Part shown: positions 39,336 through 51,139 of the stretch, one piece after another | Numbering within the stretch: position 1 is the first letter of the stretch | Layout: every line of letters starts with the position of its first letter | Assembly (NCBI GenBank): GCA_026770705.1 | Contig: JANJGN010000151.1 | Coordinates: 496,001 to 560,000 of the forward strand | Length of the DNA: 64,000 bases | Source: Isurus oxyrinchus | Lineage: Eukaryota | Direction of reading: 5' to 3' | Notes under the pieces: generated by a model | The model's input: the letters and a program-made list of their open reading frames with translations, nothing else | Database searches by the model: none | Told to the model about the DNA's origin: nothing | Program-made: the position numbers and the translations under genes

Positions 39336-40829
39336 AACTGAAAGTTCTGGGAGGGCCTTTAATAGGTGGTGTTATCCTATGTAGTGTCCGCCTGCGAGAA
39401 ATTGTGCTGTCTGCACTTGCTGTCTCAGTGATCCCCCCTTCTTTCTGTGAAATAAACTATCCCAAGGAGACAGTTTCCAGCCCTCCTGCCCCGCTGCTGA
39501 AGGACATGTCATTTTTTCAATCAACGTCCTATCCGAGTGCCTGACTGCAACAAAACTTAGATCAGTATCAGAATGTTCATGTGTTGAAAACATATCCCGC
39601 AAGTTTACTGTAAACTGAATTGTTGAGTCGAATTGGGGGTGGGGGCAGGAGTTCAAATGTGAATTTGTGAAATAAATTCCCAGCTGGAATGGAAGACGTC
39701 GAGACTTCTACAGAGTTCAAGGAAATATTTGGGGCATCGTGGGGGAAGGTTCAGAACATCTGCGAATGATTGATGTTAAATTGGCCGCATGGTCTCCAAC
39801 ATACCGAATGATCGAATGAACTGGTGCACGGCAGGAACTGCATAGTGTCTGAAGTAAAACTATAAAACTCTGGAGAAGTTCAGCAGGTTTGCAGCTTTGG
39901 AGAGTCAGAAACAGATTTTAGTCGATGATATTCATCATAACTGGAAAAAACTGTAGATGTAACAGGTTGTAAATAATTACGGAGGCAGGCATAAGCGGCA
40001 TTACATACAGAAGAAAATGGTAGATCAGTGAAATGGTGGCTGGCAGGATAGGTTAAAAGTTACAGGCGAAGTGGCCCAAGGGAAAAATGTAATGGGGCAA
40101 GTAAAGAAACGAAATGTAGCTCTGGCGGAGGTGTACTTAAGGAAAGCAGATTCATCCCTTCGAGTTTCCATCCAAAATGCAAAGAGAAAACATAGAAAGA
40201 AGAACAAAGTGCTGTAGAAAAATTGTTAAATGCAATCTTGAATCCGGAAGGTTAACAAGTGCTGGAAAGCTGCACCTTGTAGTTCCAATCACCGCCACCA
40301 GTGGGCAGTGGGAGACTGTTGTGATCAGTGTTGGGGAGAATTCCAGACTGAGAACAATATTCGGTAACTTTATTGAAGAAAATGTCATTGAAGGAACACA
40401 TGTGGAAACAAAAATTATTTTAATATTCATAGCATGTTTTATATTGTTTAACGTAATTCATTATAATGAGCTGTCAATGTTGCTATTACTGTTGGCATGT
40501 TGTTAATATTTGAAGTAAAAAGTTCGCGCTGCATCCAAGTGGGGAAGCACACGGGTTCACAATATGAAAGGAGACTGTTGGGCAAATCTTTCTGTTGTCA
40601 CACTGAGAATGATCGCAATCTGGAATAAAGCTTCAGTCAGAATGCGGAAGGACAATGCACTCGAATCGTTGGATGCTGCAGTTGAAGGCGAGATGTAGGT
40701 CTCCCCCGAAAAGAAACCTATTGTAAGAGGGAGAGAATAGCTGTTCTAATTTGTCTATCTAACTATATTGTGCACTGTAGCTTGGCGGGAACTCACGTAC
40801 TTACCGGTACATGCCATCAGAGAGCAGTG

Positions 40830-40925
40830 TGAACCAATGAGAAAATTGAATGTGGGCGGACCGGAGCGAGATCACAAACAGTGTGAGCTGGTGTCAATGT
40901 GACACACTGAGTGTGGGCGGGTAAA
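40830..40925 (+). promoter_or_regulatory. Promoter of the intronless V (CCAAT plus two GC boxes)
   Basis: CCAAT at ~40834, GGGCGG at ~40854 and ~40915. Confidence 0.5.
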
Positions 40926-41093
40926 TCCCAAGACTAAGCTTCTTATGTTAGTTCGACAATAAGGCGCCTCTGAGTTGGACCTGAAGCCCGTGTGTAGCTT
41001 CTTGTTAATTCTGCTGAATATAATATCCATCTTCTGCTTCTAACCTGACCTCCCTGGGCAATCGTTTCAGCCGCTTTTTCATGTGATCTTATA

Positions 41094-41426
41094 ATGATCA
41101 GAATTTACATAATCTGTTTGCTGTTTTTCACTCTGATCTACAAGGAGGTGGCCGGTAAGGATGAGGTGGTGCAGCTCCCTGGGCAGGTGGTCTTTAGGGA
41201 AGCGGAAATCGTAACCATGAACTGCACTCGCACCACAGCATTTAACCTCGTGTTTTGGTACAGACAGCTCCCGAATCAGCCACCCCAGTATCTGGTAATG
41301 GCCACAAGAGGAACCGGTCAACAAGGGAGGATCACGGCTTCAATCGGTGAAGGCAGCAAACTCAGTATCCTGACTGTGAGCGATGCCCAAGCTACTGACA
41401 CTGCCACCTATCTCTGCGCTGTGGGC
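41094..41426 (+). CDS. TRAV: Intact single-exon leader+V TRAV/DV-like segment
   Basis: Continuous ORF MIRIYIICLLFFTLIYKEVAG-KDEVVQ...MNC...FWYRQ...GRITAS...DTATYLCAVG with no intron. Confidence 0.88.
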
Positions 41427-41465
41427 CACAGTGTAAAAAACATATGTGGCGCTCGTACAGAAACC
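41427..41465 (+). other. 23-RSS (CACAGTG-23-ACAGAAACC)
   Basis: Consensus heptamer; spacer 41434-41456. Confidence 0.95.
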
Positions 41466-42431
41466 TGCACCGAGTGCGAGAGCCGCTTTACTGTTTTTGG
41501 ACCATCAGCATTGCGAGTGGCGCCATTATAAAATGATCCGTAGGTAGGAGATATGAGTGCCAAAATAAAGAAAACATAGAAGAGAAAGATTGAAAGGGAG
41601 TCAGAAATAAACAGAGCTGCAAACATAGACGAAGAAAAAGGAAGAGTAAAGACGTAAGCCAGAATATGTAGCGCAAAAGAACGAGAGAAAAAGTGCAGTA
41701 ATAATACTTGAACAGGACATATATTCAGGAAACTACTGAAAGAGACAGCAGAAAGAGATAGGAGGAAAAGAGAGAGAAAGGAGGTGAAGAAAACGTATTT
41801 AACCATTGAGGACAGACGTGCACTGAGCTGATCCATCGGGGCAACCCCACTCAAGGGCATTGACCAGATCTTCTTTTCATTCAATCAGTTGCATTGTTCA
41901 GCTGAATAAATTTTATTAAGCTATACGTTTCATTTTCTCTGGTTTATCTGTTTCTACTTCTAATTAACCCCTTCTGTTCAGTTTGTCGTTGTTCACTTCC
42001 CTCCAGCTCCGCGATTCACTTTGCGATCGGTAGATTGCCCCATTAACGTGACCCCGGTCTCAGGTTCTGTAATATGTTGTCGCTCAGGTTCAATGGAGGT
42101 TGGGTTTCAGTACCCTCTTCCTTGGAGATTATCTCAACATAGCTCCCTGATTTTAGTGACAGAAATAGTTGATTAGAAACGGGAAGGAGAGTTTAATTGG
42201 CAGATTTATCTTTGGCGTCGCTCCGATTGGATTCTGAAGTTTGTTCCTCTCGGCCGCTCCTGGAAACTGTTGGTGACAACCTTATTCAAGGTTTATTTGG
42301 TTTCCTCTCGCATCTTGTTTGAAATGCTTCATTGGTGCGATTGCGCACACCCGTCAACAGATAGGAGCTCAGACACACAGTCCAAAGCAGGTTTGTTGTG
42401 CAGGTGTGGAATTGCATTCCACAGCTCTGTG

Positions 42432-42995
42432 TCCCAGGGAGCGCAGTGATGCACCGCAGGCATCATTACTAAAGGGTAAATCTGGACTAAACAAGTTTTA
42501 TTTTACCTCTAATTTCCAAAGTATGGATTGAATCTGAATTTTAAACATCCGTGAGTCAATATTTTTTTTTCCCGATGGGCCCTGTTTTTCAAATATGATT
42601 CACAGGGATTATATTACTCAGTCGCTCTCCTCAGATGCCAAGGCAGAAGGAGCTACGCTGAATTTAAGCCACATCTATGATACTGCTTGGAGCAGATATA
42701 ATTTATACCGTTACCGGCAACACTCAGACACGCAGCCCGAGTTTCGACTGTGGAAATATTCTCTTGGTAATTTAGATGAAGCAGAATTTGACGAAGTCGT
42801 TTCTCTACAGATCTACAGACCTCGACTAAGTTCATCAGTTGAAATATTTCAAGGCTTCAGCTGCCTGACACAGCCCAGATGCTGAGTCGCCACATTGCCA
42901 CTGTCCGCTCTGTAAAAGGGGAGTTGGATATTTGAAGGCGCCCTTTTCCATCTTCACTCTCAATGATCTGCTGCCGTGTCTCATGATGCTCTCAC
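42432..42995 (-). pseudogene. Family E V pseudogene with internal inversion (42456-42874 flipped to + strand)
   Basis: Leader start MWRLSIW and V end AVHHCAPW + CACAGAG RSS lie on minus; the rest of the leader, the intron and the V body lie on plus. Confidence 0.8.
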
Positions 42996-43089
42996 CTCAC
43001 TTTCCTCTATCTTCGGTGGTGTCCTGAGTCCGGTAAGTGGTGATCTGGCTGTCAGTTAGTGGAAACACCTCGAATTCGGCTATAGTCAG

Positions 43090-43770
43090 TGCAGAAGGGT
43101 GCACCCTCCGATCCCGCAAAGTGGAAGAGGTGAAGTTACACTCTCCAATTACAAAGAGACCAGAGACGCTCAGGCTTCTTTTAACCGGTTTTAATCAAGC
43201 ATATGCAAGGCAGCTGCAATCATTTCTAAGAATGAAGACCCAGTTCCCAGATTGATTACTTTTCATTACTTATGTACTTTTTCTTATCATAATAAATTTG
43301 AATACATTTGAATACATCCAATCGGTAACCGACACACCGGTCTCATGGTAACCCCATCCGATTGAGTAAATAAACATGTGATTTTGCTAACCAATTATTC
43401 TAAAGGAGATATACATAATTATGTTATCCAATCAAAATTAAAACTCGTACAACAAAGACCTTGGTTTTCACAGCTCAAGACTGTTTGCGTTTCATCAAAG
43501 CCCCCTCTTTGTCCATTGTATGTCTTCCCATATCTAAGTTAAAACCATCTGCCCCTTCCCTATGTGAAAGGGGAGTACACTTAATCTATTTTATGCCCTG
43601 CTTGTGTCTTCAGCCTGATTCTCAAGTCTGTGCAATATTCATCTGTTAATCGTCAACTCTTAATATGCTTAGCAGCCATGTCTACCTGAGGATTTTAAGT
43701 TTTCTTCAGTAAATTCTTACCGTGTTCTCTTTTAGCACGTTTAATTTCTCCCTAAGAGTCACTTTTTTCA
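43090..43770. mobile_element. Putative solo-LTR-like insertion
   Basis: TG...CA ends and absent from the paralogous promoters (~22850, ~34710, ~54290); no TSD recognised. Confidence 0.35.
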
Positions 43771-45941
43771 TAGGCGTGATGGTGTCGTTGTTAAAAACTT
43801 TGGGATCATGTGTGTAAGGGTGGGGTGGGGTAGCAGAATGGTGGGAGGGGACAGAATTCATTGATTGGTTCTTGTGATTATTAATGATTTTGGTTTATTC
43901 CAGCGTTAATTCTTCCTCTTACATTTAGCAGCTTCACCAACAGGATGCTGCTAACTGTGACTCCAGTGACCTTTTCCTGACAGATCAGGGAACCAGTGGT
44001 TGAAGTTTGATTCTGTAATTCTTCAGAGTTATTTATTGGGTCTTCATATTAGAACAATGATACCTGTTGTTACTGAACAAACAATTTTACAGACCGAAAG
44101 AATTAGCTCACGCTTTAATTTAACTTTCACCTAAGTTCCACAATGAACTACCTTTTTGACAACTGCCCTTATAGTGTCTTAACTGAAATATCCATGAAAT
44201 ATTACCCCAGTTAAGAAATTGCCTTCGACTGCAAATAGAAGTACAATCTACAGCTTCCCAGAAACAAAACGTGCTGATGTGGTTTTGAAAAAGCAGATTC
44301 TAACAAACTGTTTCACAGGACCAATGTTCTCCAGGCCTCAGGCTGCTACTTTCTACAATTAAAAACCTTTCACATGCAAAACAAAGTAGCTGGTCTCCAG
44401 TGAGGCAACCCCACCCCCGCCGCCCTCCTCCTCCCGCCCCCAGCAATTCACTACAGCTTAAAGGCTGCTTTCCTAAATACATTTTTTCTTTTTCATGTTC
44501 CCCATTGTCTTCACAAACCCCTTTAACCTTGGGTTTCCCAAATATTAAAACCTTTCATGTTCCTATGTTACCTTTATTTCACATCTCACGAATCTCCGGT
44601 AAGATGAAAATGTTCTTTGAACCTCTTTTGAAATGCACTAGCTGCACATGAATTTTAACACAACACCAAATGTATATTTCAAATCTACGTTGTTTACTTG
44701 TAAATTAAAACCCACCACAAGACCTCAATTCAAATGCAAAGAGATAACACATTTACTCTTTCACCCCTTAGACTCCACAAAGAATTTGACTCCAGGAACC
44801 TCTGCATTGATTAACCCTGAACATACACAGGCACAGCTTTCCTTACCTACACAGGGTATATTCATAAACAAACAAAAATAAAAAGATGCACATATAATCA
44901 CACCTCTCATTGGTTTAATGTGGCAGGAGGGAGAATAGCTCTAGACTGGTTTCATAGCCTCCAGGGTAAGATGTAGAGCGGGTTCTCGTTGACATGAACT
45001 CGTTAGCAGCAGAAGATGAATATCTCTACAACTCTCACTCAGATTACAAAAGCACATGGAGCAAAGAAATAAACAAATCACAAGATTTTTAGATTTAGCT
45101 TTTCCCCTTTATCATCGATCCCCTCTAACTGTACAGTTCATTGCTTCAGAAAACTGATCTCACCTCGGCTCTTTATTCCTCCTTCCATTTTCCATACCTT
45201 CCACTCACCTGTCCCACTCATTGCTTAGTATCTGAAGCCTATCCTTCAATATGTGGGTTTACTTTGTGATCCTATTGTCCAATGGACGCTCACATACCAT
45301 TAAAGTATTCTGATTTGAATTATTAAATTGCTATTTATTACAAAATGAGTCAGATTTTGGAGATACAGCAGTTAACCCGCTGCCCTGGCCTGATGAAAGG
45401 AACGTTGTGGCATTACGCCCCCTGGTGGGCATTCTATGAAGTGTTCAGATGCCCCTGAGAGGCTGTGAGAGATCCAATGTTCATTCAATAACCCGATATG
45501 AGATTTCTGGTTCAAAGGAAGCTCGGTTGGAGCAGTTTTGAATTCACATGCCGAGCAGAAACAATGGTTTATATAGTTAAACTATATGCTGGAAAAAGGA
45601 AAGTTCAACAATTATGGGTAAAAGTGGAGACAGGCAATGATAAGGCACAGGGCCAAAAAGGAAATCATCAGACAAAGGGTGAGTTCAGGCTGCATTGGTG
45701 CATTTGTGGAGTTTGTATTTTATTACATATATAACTTAAAATTACAAACGAATATATTTTTGCCAGTGGACCTCATCTGTTCTTTTTGAGTGCCTTACTT
45801 CATTACACTTTTTAAAACCTCTCTGTGACTCTCCCTGAATTATTGCTTCCGTTTATTGCTGCGAGAATTGCCTCTCTTGAGCAGTAACTGGAATATTCAA
45901 CGTCTTTTTGTTTGGGATCCGCTGTATCCCTAGAACTGCGT

Positions 45942-46430
45942 CGTGCTCATGGTACAGAAAAACAAGACGGGATCGGAGATCAGGACATTGATGATCGTTG
46001 ACTCGTTGGTATTAGCAGTTTTACTGGACATGCAGGAGAATCGATCACCAATTTAAAGGTTCTTGTTGACTGTCTCGCCGATGATCTGGAACACCCACTG
46101 CGACCTGAATCGGTAGTGCTGACTGTAACAGAAAACTGAAGGGTTAGAATCACTTGTTTCCGAGATGCAGCTCACTGTGACATTAATCTCCTTTTCAAGC
46201 ATCATTTCTGGAACTAACTTTTCCACTGAGTTTTGTTCCCTCTTTTCTAACATAAAATAAAGCAACGCTCATTACCGTCATTATTACCATTGTCACAGTT
46301 TTATTTTTTAGCAGAATTAGTAGCTAAACTACGGCAATCAGGGGGATAATTGATTTTATTAGGAAGGAAGTACGTACTCAGCAGTGATTTAATGATGAGG
46401 AAATGGCCATGCGAGCTGCTGTTTGAGTTT
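45942..46430 (-). pseudogene. TRAV/DV-like pseudogene, family B
   Basis: V exon from 46246: VTVSC...VFCYSQ (Trp>Cys), in-frame TAA, FFCTMS; degenerate heptamer; leader donor at 46376-46377. Confidence 0.82.
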
Positions 46431-48067
46431 ATAACCCCGCATTCATTTAATTCTCTGTCGGATCAGAAATGCAGATTTCCATCCCAGTGCACTGCTGATC
46501 CAAACAAATGCCAAACAGGGAGTAACGGCAGCATTCTGCCCAAAAAAAACAGAGCAAGCAAGGCAGTCAATGTAAAGCAGAAGGCGAAAGCTGCGGGCGA
46601 GGCTGAGGCAGTGCTTGTTATTGCAGTGTTATTGCAGAATCCATTTGTCGTGCTCTGAATTCAATAGTAACGTACCCATCAGAAATTCTGTAACTTTGCA
46701 TCCCTATAAGGTCTGCCGTCGCTTCATATTCATTGCAAATTCGAAGTCAAAAGGCTCGCGGATGGAAACGCAGAATGATTATGTTGTTCAATATTTACTA
46801 AAATCTTCATCATTGACACTGGTGTAAAAAAACACTGGGACTGAAACTGGCGATGACAAATAGAGCAAAACGGCAATAGATTCCTATTTTCTGGTTGATG
46901 CACACACTTAAACTTAACTATCTTATGAAATTGTGGAAGTGTAACGGAAAATATCACATTAAAAACTATAAATCTGGCATAAAACGATTTTAGGTTAATT
47001 TGTATTCAGAAAATCGATATTAGCCGATGCAACGTAGACGGGTGAAAATCACAATCTGTGTACACTACCTGCTGGGTGGGGTTAAAGCATCCGCATTTAC
47101 TGATCTCACAGGGCACGGATACTGGACGAAAATTCCCCAGTGCCTTCTCCCCGTGGGTCATAGGACACAAAGGTAAACTGCGCGATTATTGAACTGCACC
47201 TCAGTCAGTGTAAAATCATTTAATTTTCAGAACGATTCAATAATTGACAGAGATCGGCCATTAGAACAATCCTTTCCATAGGAGTGTTTTCTAATTATGA
47301 AAGTTGACGCCTTGCTGTGGGTCTGACCATAACGTTCAATGTATAACAGCTTGATCCAGCGGTTCAACAGTTATAATTAATTTTCGTTGAGGTCCTTTCC
47401 AGATATTGGGTTGCTGATGGCCACTGCTTGGTGGAGTCTCCAGAACTCAATCCTACAGAAAGGATTTCTGGTTACTCGTACAAAGAGCATGAAGAACAGA
47501 TCATTGGCATGTTTCCATAATAATATGTCGGTTTATTTAACAGTGTATACACAGGGAGACAAAGAGGAAGAGAGAGAAAAGCTTGAATAACGGCTGGACA
47601 TTCATAGGTAGACAGGTTGATAAACAAATGTAGAGATACAGTTGGTGAAACAGTGAGAAAGACAAAAACAGGGAAAGAGAGAGGGAGAGAGAAACAGCGA
47701 GAGAGACAGATAGATAGAGAATGATGGAAGGAGATCGAGGGAGAGTAGGAGAGAGAGAGCTAGAGAATAGAAAGGGAGGGGCGTAGTTCTGTGTGACGGA
47801 GAGAGAGAGAGAGAAAGGCAGAGAGGCAAAAAGGCAGCCAACTAGACAGACCCAGATATTATTCATTAGAAGATTGTTGTAGTAAGAGTGAAATGGACAG
47901 GCAGACACCTATATAGTAAGATTTAAACCAAACAGATAGTACCGCACGAAGGACAAACATAGCAGGAACTCGAAACTCCATTTTGGCCGCTTTTAACCCG
48001 TTTATGCCTGAGTGTGAATATTGTGTCTACATCTATTTATCTATCTGTATTTGTGGTGGGGAGCGTT

Positions 48068-48930
48068 TGAGTGGGAATTAGGGGGGTCCTTCTCAGGATG
48101 GCGGCTGGTGACTAGTGAAGTTCCGCAGGGGTCAGTGTTGGGACAACAGCTTTTCACTTTATACATTAATGATACAGATGAAGGAACTGAGGGCGTCCTG
48201 GCTAAGTTTGTAGATGACGCAAAGATAGGTGGAAGGACAGGTAGCATTGAGGAGGCATGGAGGCTGCAGAAGAATTTGGACAGGTTAGGAGAATGGGCAA
48301 AGAAGTGGCAGATGGAATAAAATGTGAGGAAATGTGAGGTCATGAACTTTGGTAGGAAGAATGGAGACATGGACTATTTTCTAAATGGGGAGAGAATTCA
48401 GAAATCTGGAGTGCAAACGGACTTGGGAATCCTAGTCTAGGATTCTCTTAAGGTTAACTTGCAGGTTGACGTGGTAGTTAGGAAGGCAAATGCAATGTTG
48501 GCATTTATTCCGAGAGGACCAGAATATAAAAGCAGGAATGTGCTGCTGAGGCTTTATAAGGCCCTGGTCAGACCACATTTAGAATATTGTGAGCGATTTT
48601 GGGCCCCGTATCTCAGGAAGGATGTGCTGGCACTGGAGAGGGTCCAGGGTAGGTTCACGAGAACGATCCCAGGAATGAAAGGCTTAACATATGAGGAACG
48701 TTTGAGGACTCTGGGGGTCTATAGTTGATGGAGTTTAGAAGGGTGAGAGGGGATCTGATTGAAACTTACAGAATACTGAAAGGCCTGGATAGAGTGGATG
48801 TGGGGAAGATATTTCCATTAGTAGGGGAGACTAGGACCTGAGGGCACAACCTCAAAGTAAAGGGAAGACCTTTCAGAACAGATATGAAGCGAAACTTCTT
48901 TAGCCAGAAAGTGCTGAATCTATGTAATTC
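48068..48930 (+). mobile_element. CR1 LINE RT fragment
   Basis: [15 protein letters not shown] and LVRPHLEYC in ORFs 48021-48728. Confidence 0.93.
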
Positions 48931-49320
48931 ATTGCAAAGTGGTCGCCCAGTCTGAATTTGGTCTCTCCAATGTAGAGGAGACCGCATGGGGAGCAACGAA
49001 TGCAGCAGAGCAAATTGAAGGAGGTGCAAATGAAGCGCTGCTTCGCCTAAAAGGAATCTTTGGGCCCGTGGGCGGTGAGGAAGGACGAGGTAATGGGGCA
49101 GGTGTTGCACCTTCTGCGATTGCCAACTCCAGCACGATGCCACCACCAAACACACCAACCCTTCACCAACCCTGTCGGCATTCTGTGGGGGCTGTTCCCT
49201 CGACGACAGCCTGGTCCACTCCTCCATCACCCCTAACACTTCATCAATCTCCCAAGGCACCTTCCTGTGCAATCGCAGAAGGTGCATCACCTGCCCCTTT
49301 ACCTCCTCCCTCCTCACAAA
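48931..49320. mobile_element. Rearranged Penelope GIY-YIG fragment
   Basis: Homologous to 63560-63870, with the second half inverted. Confidence 0.75.
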
Positions 49321-49639
49321 AATTATGCTGTTTAACTTTAATGAAAGGCCACTGACGGTGAAGGAAGGAGATTCAATATAATGTTACGTCTGAGGTGATG
49401 TAGGCCATGTGTTCAAATTGTTGGGAAGGTTTCGGTTTATTTTCCGGAGATGCGTGTGCTGTCATGATTGGATTTATTGCCTAACTTTACTTGCCTTTAT
49501 GTAACTGAGCACCTTGCTGGGCCATATGACCAGAATGTTAAGAAAAACGACTTTCGTGTAGTACTGACGCTCCTCTCTTGGGCCAACTGGGTACTGATAA
49601 CAACTGCGGACCCACCAGCAACGACAACATCTGAGAATA

Positions 49640-49700
49640 AATTTACATGTCACGTCCTTTCGTCCAATCAGATTGGATCTCTCCCTCATATGCTAATTTA
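49640..49700 (+). promoter_or_regulatory. V promoter motifs (TGTCACGT, CCAAT/ATTGG, ATGCTAAT)
   Basis: Clustered 145-200 bp upstream of the leader ATG. Confidence 0.5.
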
Positions 49701-49842
49701 TCTCAGGAGCGGCTATCGGATGCTCCTGGTTTGTTTAACCCGGCACATACGAGCTACTCAACATAAGTACTCGATCAGCTTCCCGCAAAGGACAATCAGA
49801 TCAACCTGCAGAGGCGCACTGCGGCTGGGATTCACAGAGATC

Positions 49843-50302
49843 ATGCATTTAAAATTCACCCTTTTAACTACCCTCACCTACTTAGCATTTGGTAAGTCTA
49901 CATGGGAAGTTATAGTACAAACCATTAAAAACTCACTGATTCTTAGAAAATTCACAATTCAGTTGTAATCCATACTTTCAATTAGATCTGAGTCACGAAG
50001 ATTCTGTGTCCCAGGATTGGTCAGCAGTCGTCCTGAAAATCGGACAGACGTTCAGAACGCAGTGCAGCTATTCGACAACAGCAACCTGGTATGACCTGTA
50101 CTGGTACCGAAAGTATCCCGATGATCGCCCGGAGATGATTGTGTGGAGAAGTACCAGTGGCAGTGGAGGGAAAGCGGAAAACATTGGGAATCGCTTCAGT
50201 TCTGTAATAAACAAATCGTCAAAAACGTCTGTTTTAACAGTCACTGCTCTTCAGCTGAGCGACACGGCACTCTACCTTTGTGGATTCGCCCGATCAGATC
50301 GA
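49843..50302 (+). CDS. TRAV: Intact TRAV/DV-like segment, family F (leader 49843-49891 + V exon 49986-50302)
   Basis: Leader MHLKFTLLTTLTYLAF, GTAAGT donor, open V exon DSVSQ...QCSYS...LYWYRK...NRFSS...DTALYLCGFARSDR. Confidence 0.93.
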
Positions 50303-50341
50303 CACAGTGACACAACCCAATCCTTCTCTCGTACAAAAACT
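50303..50341 (+). other. 23-RSS (CACAGTG-23-ACAAAAACT)
   Basis: Near-perfect consensus; spacer 50310-50332. Confidence 0.97.
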
Positions 50342-50399
50342 GACTGCATCTGTTTTCACAGAGGATGTTTCATTGTGGTCAGGACGAGGTTGCAACAAG

Positions 50400-51060
50400 A
50401 CTGCAATTCCCATGAACTGATCAAACCGCCATAGCACTGGCGCCTATCCTGCTCTTTGAAAGATCTATCCAATTAATTTCAACTGACCTACCTTGCCCCA
50501 CTGCATTGGAATATATATCTTCCTTCAAGAAATTATCCAGTTGACTTTTTGATAGTTACTATTGAATCTGCTTCTACAACCATTTCCAGCAATGCATTCC
50601 ATACAACAACTCGTATGTAAAAATATCGACTCATCTCTATCTCGTTTTTTTTTGTCGATCACGTCGTATCAGTCTCCTATTATTGAGGACTTTACTTCCA
50701 ATAGAAGCAATTTTTCCCTACTCTACTCTATCAAAATTTGGAGCAGTTATATTCAATCTGCTCTCAACTGCCTTTGCTCAAACCAGAATAATTTTAGCCT
50801 TTCGAGTCACTCCATATGGCTGAAGTCCAGCATCTTTGGTTCCATTCTAATAAATCTGCTCTGCATCCATTCGAGTCCTAATATCCTTTCTGAATTGTTA
50901 TGCATAGGTTTAAGTAGAGTAATCTATCGGATATATCAACATCGATTATATAATCATTTTTGGGATGTGCACCGCCAGTATTTATTGTCCAATCGTAATT
51001 ATTTCTGCAAATAATATGCTTTATCCGTAAAATAACTAAGTATTTTCCAAAACATTTCAA
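50400..51060 (-). mobile_element. Old CR1 3' fragment
   Basis: Diverged similarity to other CR1 3' ends in the window. Confidence 0.5.
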
Positions 51061-51139
51061 AGTGAAATTGCAATAATCCTTAACTTTTGTCCATGCAGCG
51101 TGTTGCACTCTGAGGTGCATCATTATAACTGCATTTACT

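Noticed and set aside
24073-49820. Weaker CTCF-like strings at 24073-24089, 41510-41524 and 49804-49820
   Set aside because: Each needs a gap in the core motif.
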